From Phaeosaccion multiseriatum (taxonomy: Eukaryota > Protista > Ochrophyta, other classes): a stretch of 64,000 nt of DNA. Shown here in pieces: positions 49,201 to 60,000 of the stretch. Each line of letters begins with the position of its first letter. The stretch's first letter is position 1. Both the position numbers and the translations under genes were made by a program. The stretch is from NCBI GenBank assembly GCA_965112735.1, contig OZ218953.1, positions 3,844,001 through 3,908,000 on the forward strand. The letters run 5' to 3'. Under the pieces are notes generated by a model that saw only the letters and a program-made list of their open reading frames with translations, had not been told where the DNA came from and searched no databases.

Positions 49201-51463
49201 ACAGCTGTCCCTCGACTACTTCTCTTTCTAGACTCCTTCCCTTCCAATACTCACACTAAAAGGCACAGTCACGGCGATGGCTTCGTCCGCCGATGCGCCC
49301 ACTTCGAAGACGATGTTCCCCGCTGGAGTGGACACATCCAACCAGGACCCCTCCTGAGCAGAAAGGGAGGTGGGAACGGGCCCTGGTTACACAGTCACAC
49401 TCTCTCACACGTCGGAACGTTCTAGGATTCATGCGCGCCTGAGCAAGCAAGCTACGCACCTCTCTTAGTAACTTTGTCCTGTGCTTGTGGTCCACGGTGG
49501 GCTCCCATGTGATGACCTTCGAGTGTTGATGCAGTGGAAAGGGGGGAGCGACAGTGCCCAGAGGGCAGCAGCAGCAGAAGGGTATGAGAGGGTTGCGAGT
49601 CGACGGACAGGGGTATAGAGCAAGCAAGGTAAGAAGGGGAGTACTTTGGGGCCCTTCTGCAGCAACTCTCAACGGAGGGGCTGGCTGGAGCTGCGCCGCG
49701 CTTGCCGCCCCTGCATCAAACGCGGCCTGACGCGGGGTTGAGGAGCCTCCTAGCTAGCAGAGCAGTGGCCGTTCTGAAGCTCCGTCCCCTCAGTATTTCC
49801 ATGTGCCGAGCCTCACCTGCGATACCTCTCCCAGCTCGGCGGCTTTCACACCACGGAAGGGGTCCTGGGAAGCGCCTTGGCTAGGGTTAGGATAGAGAGA
49901 GAGAGAGAGAAACCACGCGCGCACAGAGCCGGCCGGGGGAAGCAGCGGAGTGTGGGGAAGCAGCCGCGGAAGAGGAAAGAATTAGTGCCAGAGACAGATG
50001 TAAAAGGAAGGTACGCAGCCACCTTAGGATGGCTAGCGCGGGTTCTACTCCTTCTTTCCTCCTCACATATTATTGAGCTCGGTCTGCGGCATGTTGAACA
50101 AGTTGAGAAGGTCTCTGGCATCCTCCGCAAAGTAGCCAGAGCGCAGTGACCCGAGTTTCTCTCCCAGCGGGGACGGGCACGCCTTCTCGACAGCCGTCGC
50201 GGCCGCAGCCTCCTTGCCCTGCCAAGAGCAAGAGACAGGCAGTTCGGACGGGCAAGCAGAGTAAGACAGCTAGATTCCCCCAGCCACAGTGCACCCTCGC
50301 CTACCGCGAGGCACTCACTTCTCTCCTTCCGTATTCTTTACAACTTACCTTGTACACCCACTTTTTGTGCAGGCGGTAGAGAAGCTCCAGGACCGACAGC
50401 TGCACTCGGTAGGAGGGGAGTGAGCCCACCTTCCCAGCGAGCGCCAGTATCTGTCTCTCCTCCCCTGGTGTGCCCTCGCTCCCCGCGTCGGCGTCCTGAG
50501 GGTGGTCCTGCAGCTGCTTCAATAGGATGGAGCTCAGGCCCTTAAAGTTTGGGCGCCTCCCTAGACACATGCTGAGGAGCAAAGAAGCGCAACTCTCGAC
50601 CTTGCCTGCATCCTCCTCGGGGGCGTTCAGGAGGAGGGCCATAGTAGGCTCCACTACCTCAACCCGAATGAGCTGCGCCTGAGGGGGGTGGCATTGCAAG
50701 AGGAGGAAAGAAGGAGTGAGCGACTCGCCAGCCAGGCCTGGGCACGAGCCTTGCTCTCGTGGCGACGTGCCCCTGCTGGCTGTGTGCTCACCAAAATCAA
50801 GTCAAGAAGGTTTCCCCTGTCCTGTCTAGAGAGGAGCGGAGAGACCGTGCCACACGCGTTCGCCCGGGTTACTGCAACATCCACCTGCTGCGAGCTCGTC
50901 AGGTTCGAGTCATTCTCCCCCCCCCACTCATCCTCGCTGAGGTTAAGCAGCTCCACTCCGAGCTCCACCGCGGAGGAGAAGAGTGTGTTGAAATCGGCCC
51001 GCTCATGCTGGTCGGTGGAACGGGAGACGGCCGGAGGGGCCCGCAGCATCTCATAGAGGAACTGCCCCACCCCCAACACCACCACGCGAAGCTGTCACGA
51101 CGGTTGAAGGGACGAGCAAAACATGCGCGTGGGGTAGAGAGTCATAGGCCGTCTAAGAAGGGCGTTGTGAAGGCGCTAAGGGAGGCACAAGCGTTCTTCC
51201 CCCCGATCCTTTTAGCCTCCGCAGCAGCAAGCCCCTCTTGCTGCCCTTCAGACCCTCTACGCGGAGCCCCCCTCTCTGGCGTTGTGACGCACCTTAGACG
51301 CTGGGAGCTCCTCAACATCCTCCCCAAGTCTCCGGGCAGCCTCATCTGGGCTGCGCAGCTTGTTCTGAGCGCAGATGAGCTGCATCACCGCCCGCCACTC
51401 TGCCGCGGGCAGCTTTTGCCGAATGCGAGTCATGGTGCGCCCCGCCATAGAGGACAGCACCAT
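46283..51463 (-). CDS. SYCP2/Red1/ASY3-like meiotic axis protein (ARM-like + PH-like N-terminus, acidic disordered linker, C-terminal coiled-coil)
   Basis: Successive exons encode LAGKVGSLPSYRVQLSVLELLYRL, KLGSLRSGYFAEDARDLLNLFN and EGSWLDVSTPAGNIVFEVGASADEAIAVTVPFS. These match, in order, three SYCP2 ARM-PH blocks as I recall them. An E/D-rich linker and ~170 aa of coiled-coil follow. Confidence 0.65.
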
Positions 51464-51588
51464 CTTCCCACTAAAGCAAGTAGAAGATTTGGAAATGCCG
51501 CAGCGATTGCAGAAAGAGAGAGGAGCTTTGAAAAATTTCTAACGAAAAGGGTTCCAGTCGAGAGGCCGGCCATATAATATTTGCTTCA

Positions 51589-53361
51589 TCAGAACCTTCT
51601 CGCCCTCTTCTTGAAGCGCTCGTACGCGATGTGGTCAGTACTCATTTGTGGACCCCGCCCACCCGCCCCGCCCCTCCCCCCCCCCCGCCCCCCCCCTCTA
51701 CCATCTCCACCCCCTCCTCCCCGCCCGGGCCCAGGAGGGAGCCCCACCCCCGGTGCCTGCGGTGCGGGCCTGCCTTGCCCCTGTCCGTCTCTGCCCCCTC
51801 TTTGTCCTCCTCGGCCATAGTCCCCTCTCCCTCCCCCACCGCCGCCCCTGCCGCCGCCTCCACGCCCCGTCGTCCCCCTCCTCTCCGCCTGGCGCTCGTT
51901 CTCTCCCTTGAACATCTCCTTCAGCTCGATGGCCCTGTCTCGGGAGTGTTTGCTGTAGTTGGCGGCCAGCGACCCCATGACCACATTCTCGCCTCTCAAG
52001 CGCGCGTTCTCCATCCTCTGAATTCGCCGCTTCTCTTCCAGTGCCTGGTACGCACGCACGCAAAGATTCGACCGACAAGAGGAGAAGCGAAGGCAGGGAA
52101 AGGTTGATTGGAAGAGAGAGAAATAGTGCTGACGAGGTGTTGGACCAGACGAGCACGAGTAGTTTCATCTTTTCCAAAGCATTGTACGTCAGCCAGTAAA
52201 CACACTGCTGAAGAGGAGGGCAAGACAAGCAAGAGAGGAAGAGGTATCGAAGGGGAGAGCGGAGCGGAACCTACTCACCCTCGTTGCCTCCCTCGTCGCC
52301 TCCATATTCTTTATTCTAAAATCCATGGGAAGTGCCACTTCTGCAATACCTGCTCCGAATCAGTCGACGATGAAAGGGGGGGGGGGGGCAATGGTCGATG
52401 AGGAGGAGGTGGAACAGAAAGCGCGAGTACGGTGGACACAAACAAGACACCACAAGAGAAAGGGATAGAACTCGTCCCTTCCCACCAGCATCGCCTCTCC
52501 CTGGCCCCTGCGGCTCGGACGCATCCCAAGCCGCCACAGCCTCCATCCCGAGGTGACCTCACCTGTACCAAAGGCTATTTGAGCCCCCGAGCCCACTTCT
52601 CCGTCCATGGCTGCCTGCTCTGCTGCCGCCTTCTGACTCTCCGCCAACCTGTCCCGAAACTCCTCCGGAATGAGGTAGAGCTCGTCCTCCTCAGTCATGA
52701 GCTGCTTCTTGGTAGCCTCTATGCCTCCGCCCTTCTTGTCCTCCTCCGCCTGCTTCATGCCCATCTGCTCCTTCACGTAGGCCTCCATGAGCTTGTCATG
52801 CGACATGCCCGCGCTCCCCGTTGCCCCGAGCCCAGCCCCTGCGTCGAAGTGGCTGCCCAGCTGCTTCCCGACTCCGCCCTCCAGTCCACCCCCCCGCTTC
52901 GTTAATGGTCCTGCCTCCCCATCTGCTCCTGCCTCCTCCTCGCCCCCTTTCCCTTTCCCCTTTTGCCCTTTCCCGCCGCCTGATCCTACAGCCAGCAAGT
53001 CCCGTGCTCCCATGCCCTTGCTCCTTCTCCTTAGCATCTGTTCTTCCCGTAGGTCGGCAAGCACCGCCGCGCTGATTCCCTCGTCCTCCCCCTCCTCCTC
53101 CTCCTCCTCTCCTCCTCCCTTCCTCTCGCCATCGGCCTCCTCTTTACTCCCATTCCCCTCCACACCGCCATTCTCCTCCCCCTCCCCACCGCCACCAGTA
53201 CTACTCGCAGTAACCCCCCCTTTCCTGCTGTCTTCTTCTTTGCCAACTCCCGTAGCTGATGAAGTGGACTCCTCCCTCTTCTTGGATCTAAATTGCTTCT
53301 TCGCCCCACCCTTCTTCTTCTTGAACGTCACAACGGGGACCTCTTCTCCCTCCTCCTCCAT
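51589..53361 (-). CDS. C9orf78/Tls1 (HCA59) spliceosome-associated protein
   Basis: LREEQMLRRRSKG; DKLMEAYVKEQM; EDELYLIPE; G|IAEVALPMDFRIKNMEAT; AANY; terminal STDHIAYERFKKRARRF*. Confidence 0.88.
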
Positions 53362-53481
53362 AGTACTAACGATCAAGCAATAGGACCGAGGTAGGGAGGG
53401 AGAGAGGAGAGGAGAGGAAAGGGGTTTGCCCCCTCACAGGTGTCCTTACTGAAATTGAAATTTTTCGCTTTCACCTTCCTT

Positions 53482-53619
53482 GGTCGACCCCTGACACGCT
53501 ATCCCCGATAGCGGATAGCGCGCCGGCTGGCGCCGGCGATAGCGGATAGCGCCGGCCGGCGATAGCGGATAGCGCACCGACTGGCGCCGGGATAGCGGAT
53601 AGCGTGTCAGGGGTCGACC
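53482..53619. mobile_element. MITE-like element B: 23-bp perfect inverted ends, four internal GATAGCGGATAGCG units
   Basis: GGTCGACCCCTGACACGCTATCC (53482-53504) is the exact reverse complement of 53597-53619. The outer GGTCGACC is palindromic, so it could instead be an 8-bp (or 6-bp GTCGAC) TSD. Confidence 0.8.
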
Positions 53620-53662
53620 TTGAAACCTTCTTCTCCCCCCTTTTCTTCTATTTTTACTGACA

Positions 53663-56461
53663 CTACTTCTTAAAGTCGTCGACCCATTGACCGTCAGACG
53701 GGACGATGCCCTTGGCCTTGCGAGCGAGCAGGCCGCCATCCACCTTCCACGAGTACTTGGTTCGTCTTGGGGTGCACGGACAAGACGTTGGGGGAGGGAG
53801 GGGGGCAGGAGAAGCACGAGTCAGTGGGGCCAACGCGTACGGCAGGGGAGGGCCGTAACAGAGCTCTTCATGGGACGATAAGGAAGGCGGAGAGAGGGAG
53901 AGTCGCGCCCTGCACACTGGCCCGGCGTACTCACTTCTTCCAGCTGTCGGGCTTTGGCCCCCCAGTGTCTCTGCCCCTGTTCTGCCTGATGTAGCCGGCT
54001 CCCTCCCCCGCGCCTACAGCCGAGTTATCAATCTTGTCCGGCAAGCTGACGACCTCGCCGCTGACCTTGATCACGTCTGGGAGGGAGGGAGAGGGAGAGG
54101 GAGGGAGGGAATAAGCGTGGCAATCGAGCGTAGCTGGTTTGGCGAAGAAGAAAGGCGTCCATCTCCATCTCCTCAGCCTACCGCCAGCTATCAACACCAC
54201 ACACAGACCACACCACCGCACTCAGGGGTAGACACTGCCATTTCGTTGCCTTACAAGCGCAGCCCCAATCAAAGACCAGTCCACGCACCTTCCAAAAGGT
54301 TGATCTTTTGTGAGGGTTGGGTAGCGACGGCCCCATTGACTGTGACCCTTCCCATGCCGATGAGCATTTGACACGTGCTGGTGGTGGACACGCGGCAGTA
54401 CGACAGGGCCGTATCCAACCTGGCCCAACGACGGTGGAAGAGGAGGTATGAGTTTCGGTGCAGGGCTGAGTGACGAACGAAAACATTTCAATACAGGGAA
54501 GTTCCTCTTGTGACTCGAGGAGGGAAAGGGAGGGAAGGAAGCTCTACGCTTCTGCGAGGGAGAAGGCGGTGCTGTGCCCTTCGCTCAAGGGGGTAGTGAA
54601 AGACTCGCAGGCGGCCCTCCCTCCGTCCCCCCTCCCTCTATCTATAGTGGACATCGCGCGTCTCGCTTCCGCCAGGACGCCCTCATTACCTCTTGGGCAG
54701 GCTCCGGTTCACGGGCTCTGGCTCTAAAAGCGCTTTCCGCGCCTCGTCCTGGAGGGAGTATAGAGACAAAAGGGAAGGCAAGCGTAGCGCAGAGAGTACA
54801 TCGTTGGGTCAGGCCCATCCCATTTCGGTGCGAGAGAAAGCCGCATTGTGTATGGTCTACGCGGACCCTCGCTCGCTCTCACCTGCGCTCGCTGGATCTC
54901 AGCAAGCTGTTCGAAGGTGAAAGCCGCCTCGCTCGCGCGATTGCGGCCTCCCTCTTCAGGCCCGGCCCCCTGCTGTTGTTGCTGCTCCTGATAGGCCTTC
55001 TTACTAAACTTGGTTCTGTGCTCATTCTCGGCTTCTGCCGCCTTTGCCTCAATCACCGATGCTTCAGCCTTTAGAGGAGAGGGTGGGAGGGGGGAAATCG
55101 TTCAGAGCACAGACGGAAGAGAAGGGGGCTTTACTTCTGTCTGGTGTGGGGCGGTCTGGACAGGCGACTCCCATGCAGCAACGGGGGAAATCAAAGCTCG
55201 AGCGAAAGGGAGGGTCTGTCCGTCCACAGGCAGCAGGACTGGCCAATTGTTTGCATCTCTTCTTGGGGAATAGATACAACAAGAGAGAGCGCTCCCCGTA
55301 CACGATTGGGACTCGGAGACTATGTACGTACATACCTTCCGGATGCGACGCCTCATCTCCTCCATCATGCTGAGCTCCTGTGTGAGCTCGTCTCTTCTGT
55401 CCAGCTTAGCCTGCGCCATGCCAGATGCCGGAGATGGTTGTGAAGGTGAGGGACGAAATACCCTCCAAATGACAAGGGCTTTCGTCTATCGAACTCATGC
55501 CGCCAAGTATCTATGACATGTGATGTGTGCACCGCTTCCCCTTTCTTGCCCCCTTCAATGCAAGGAAAGACTCTGATCTTGGCATGACACCTCTATAGAG
55601 TCCCCAGGGCAATCTTGCTCCACTGAGAAGACAAGGAGCCCTCGTCTCGTCTACGCTACGTGCTCGTTGCCTTTGCCAACGCCTCGTACCACCGCAAGAG
55701 TACGAGGGGAGCACCCATAATATCACCCTGCCTCTCTGTGTCCTCTGTATCGTCGTGGAGGCACTCACCAGCTGGTCGTCATTTAGGGCGTCCGGGTCCT
55801 TAATGTTCATAAGGTGCAGGTCCTTCACTTGACGAAGCTTGCGCTGCAACACAACGATACGCTTTGCACATCGCGTTTCGCTCCACAGCTCCTCCTCCTC
55901 CTCCTGCTGCTGCTGCCCGCCTTGCTGCATCTCCACCGCATCCACCTCCATCTCTTCCTCGCTTGCTGCTGTTTGCCCTGACTCCCCTTGTCCTTCTTCT
56001 CCAGGGCCATCCCTGAGGAGCAGAATCTGTGACACAATCAACGCGCTCCGAGAGTTGGCCTTCACTCCAAGCTGCTTCGCCAGGGCTTGCAGCTCCGGTC
56101 TCGTGAGACTCTGCAGCTCCTCTTGCCCTGGTATGCCACCACCCCACGCTTTCTCCTCCTCGACGCCCCCCCCGTCCATCCGGAGCACCACTCTCCCTCT
56201 CTTTGTCCCACCAGTGACCATGGTACTTCTCCTACTGCTGGTCCTGTCAACAGTGGTCGCCGAGAGAGTAGCCGTGGTGCTTATTCTGCTGCCGCGGTGG
56301 CAGGAGGATGGGGGAGCCGGAGACATGAAAGCCAAGCCAGAGCCACACAGCATGAGTAGTGAGCACCAGTACGAGAACCCAACTGCCCCGAACGGGAGTC
56401 GCTTTGGAAGGGGTGAGGATGAGGACAGCCCACAGCCACAGCCGCAAGCTGGGGGCGCCAT
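53663..56461 (-). CDS. Plastid-targeted hypothetical protein with a Rho-N/SAP-like helix pair and a PYM/WIBG-like coiled-coil
   Basis: Hydrophobic signal ending GLA|F, then an S/T/R-rich transit peptide. LQSLTRPELQALAKQLGVKANSRSALIVSQIL; KRIVVLQRKLRQVKDL..LNDDQ..KLDRRDELTQEL. Terminal exon ..GQWVDDFKK*. Confidence 0.55.
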
Positions 56462-57012
56462 TTGGGGCGAGCTGGGTCTAACACCGCCCGCAGCAAAGCT
56501 CTCCCTACAGCTTTCCTCCAGTCCACCTACGTGTCCCCTCCTGAGATACAAAGAAAGACAAAGAGAGAGAGGGGGGGGGGGGCGATGGGGCGATGGTGAT
56601 TGGCATGGAGACCCAGAGTTTCAGTTTGGCTTGCCCTCCTCCCAATGATCCCAATCTACAATCAACACAGCAGCGCAAGCCACTTTCGCCTAAGCAACAA
56701 CAGCAGCAAGTGCCCCACAAGGGGGGGGGGCTCGCGTAGGACCTCTTCCCAAAGGTACGCGCTCTATGTTTGTTCATATGTGTTTCTGATACCTGTTTCC
56801 ACCTCACAGGACCCCCATGTCTTTCCTCTCCCCTTATCGCTTTTTGCTTCCCACGCAGGCAGACTTTCTGCTTCCTTAACCCCCCACGCATACACCGCCG
56901 AGAATGTTTCTCCCTGTGTACCAGCTTAGCCGGTTCTTTTGCACTGAATACACCCTCCTCTCCCTCCCTCTTCGCCCTTCCCACGGAATGTCCTCTCAGT
57001 GCGACGGCCACG

Positions 57013-60000
57013 ATGGCCGAGACGCAGCTCCCCGTGACCGCCTTGGCGCTGTTCATCCTGTTCGGTGCCAATTGGGTCGTCTACTCGGGGCTGTGGCTCC
57101 ACAAGAGGAGCCAGGAAGGGGGGGGGGCGCTGAGAGAACAGAAGGTATGGGGAGCAAAAAGTACGACTCATAACAGTGGCAAGAGCGCGTAGGTTAGCAG
57201 CTAAGCGTTTTTGCAGCGCCTACGGCCGGGAAGGGCCGCTTGTCGGGAGCTCCCATGCTTCTTTTAGCCCCTCTCATTACCTCTTCTTCTTCTCTCTTCT
57301 TCTTGGATCTGTTGTTCTTTGCATAGCAGGCTCTGCTCCGGCCAAGAAGAGGTCTGAGCCGCTGGCCCTGACCTTGCCGTCTGTGCGGTCTTTGTCTCAC
57401 TCTTTGGCCTTCCTGGGCATACTCATTTGCATAGCATGGCTCTGCGAGCACCACCCTCCCTTCGCCCACTCCAAGAAGGTTCGTCTCACGTGTCGGTGTT
57501 TGGGTGCATGCTGTGCGTTTCGATCAGCAAGTCGACACTGCTGTGTGTGCGTAGGGTCACCTTTTCCACCTTCCGAATGCATACACCTCCCTCTCCTGGC
57601 CCCCTTTCTTATCTTTCTCCTCTCCTTCTCTCTTCCGCTATCTCTCTTGTGTCTCTCCCTTTCTCTTTCTCTCTTTCTCTTTCTCTCCATACACTATGCA
57701 ATTTGTGGCGTGTTGCAGATCCACGACATGGACATGTTTTGGTTCCTTGCGTTCGCCTTGGCGGCCCTGAGCTTCTTCAACGTAAAGAAGAGTAAGGGCG
57801 GAGACATCCTCAACCGAGAGCAGACGGAGGAGTGGAAAGGATGGATGCAGGTGCGAGGCGAGTGGAAGGAAGGGCGGTGCTATGGTGCCCCGTGGCGTCC
57901 TCTTGCGTGTTCACTTGAGGCATGCTGTGCTGGAAAGGCCTGATCTCATGGCTGTGGGTTAGATGGTGTGTCTGGCTTGCAGTTACTTGCTCTTGCTCCC
58001 CCTCGAAGAGCGAACGCGACAAGCGCCCCCCCCCTCTCTCTACTTTCTCATGTCACGATGCACACCGGCCCCGCCCCTTCTCACACTCCTTCGCTTCCCC
58101 CTTTTCCACGCCAGTTCCTGTTCCTCATGTACCACTACTTCTCCGCGCACGAGGTGTATAACTCCATCAGGTCAGTCGGGCAAGGGTCAGGGGGGGGGGG
58201 CAGTGGGGCCGTCGAGGGGCATGGGAGAGAGACAACAGGGCGCGTCTTGCTCGAAGGATGCAGAGAGCCCGTACTTTTCAATCATGAGCATAAGAATGCA
58301 AGACACGAGACAGCAAGGGCAGAGCTTGTGTTCCCTTGCCCCTCCGCTTACGCTACGCACCTCGTGCTCGCTTTGCTACTTGCGGTATACAGAGTGATGA
58401 TTACGAGCTACGTGTGGATGACCGGCTTCGGCAACTTTTCCTTCTTTTACATGAAGGTACGAGTGTCCAAGTCAGTGTGTCTCCCTGGCGCAGTGTGGTT
58501 CTTGAGTAGCGAGCAGGGTGTCTTCTTGCAAGCTTGGGGAAGGCAGAAAAGGTGCTCGCCACCAAGAGGAGTGGGCACCAGACTACCCACACCCCTTTCG
58601 CTGATGCATCGCTCTCTACCCAACCCTGAACCCTTGCAGGGAGACTTCGGCGCGGTGAGGCTGCTGCAGATGCTCTGGAGACTCAACTTCCTGGTGAGTG
58701 ATTGCAGTAGAGGAGGTAGCGTCTCGCGGCTCACGTGTGGTTGCTTGAAGGTACGCGCTGCTGCTCAACTCTTTTACTCTCTCTCCCATTCTCCCTCTGC
58801 TCCTCATTCTGCGTAACGCAGGTGTGCTTGCTGTGTATGGTGATGGGCAATACGTACATTCTGTACTACATCTGTCCCCTGCACACCTTCTACTTCTTCT
58901 TCGTCTTCGCCACCATGCGCGTCATGCCGAGCGTCAATCACCAGAAGTGGGGCATCAGAGTCAAGGTGGGGTGGGTGCATGGCTTGGGGCACGACCGACT
59001 GGACAATGTCCTCTTATGTTTTCTCGGTCCGCTGGGGTCGGATCTCGACATGTCCTTTTTCACGCTCTGTCCTCCTTGGCTGCGCTTGTTTCCCCCTTCT
59101 TCTCGTCTCACTTACTGTTTCGCTCTCGGTCTGACTTCTGACTCTTGACCTGAACTTGCGTCGGTCGTCTTACTGCTGCCCTCCTTGTGGTGCCCTCCTT
59201 GTGCTGCAGCTCCTTGTGGTGGCCGCCATTGTGTACTGCGTGTGGGACGTGGACTCGGGACTCTTCGACAAGATCTTCTTCTTCCTTGGAGATACGCCGA
59301 AGGTGAGGGAGCCATGCCAACAGAGTGCTTGCATACTTTACGAACGTCCACCCACCCCCTCTCTGGCAGCCACCGCCGAATGCCCTGCCGAGTGCATCTG
59401 TGCTGCAAAGCAAATGAATTCTCATTCGGCGTGAGAGCTTTGCCATGGCGGCAACCAGGGCTGAATGAAAACCCTGGCGTTGTGTTGATAGGTTTTTCAC
59501 CTACTCCTCTCTCTCTCTTTATTTTCTTGTTCGAAACGTGTGTCAGATTGGGGCAAGCAGCGGCAGCATGTGGGAGTGGTACTTTCGATCCTCGCTGGAC
59601 CACTGGAGCACCTTCCTGGGCATGATCTTCGCTCTCAACTTCCCCCTGTCTATGCTCTGGCTCAAGAAGGTATAACGGAGGGGAGAAAGACAAGGGACGA
59701 GGGGAAAGAAGCCAGCGAGCAGGGGAGGGGCTGGGGAGAAGCCCGTCGCGTCGCTGGCATCTCTTCTTCTCTTGTGTGCCTACTTGGCTGACCAGGTCAT
59801 TCCTTTTGCCTGCTCCTGCTCCATAGGTGGAGGGATTGCCTGCGGTACAGCAGTGGGCCGTGAAGGGTAGCGTGGCGGTTGTGTGCCTTTGCGCCTGCTG
59901 GTGGTGGGCGACTCACATCCTTCCTCTGGTGAGTCGGGGGTCGATATAATGGAGTCCAAGGGAAGAGAAAGTGGGGCTGAAGGCTCTGAGCAATGCTGCG

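Noticed and set aside
8047-51463. Functional gene cluster (Mus81-like + SYCP2-like for meiosis; MABP protein + IST1 for ESCRT)
   Set aside because: The genes are 18-24 kb apart and separated by unrelated housekeeping genes; there is no evidence beyond chance without synteny data.
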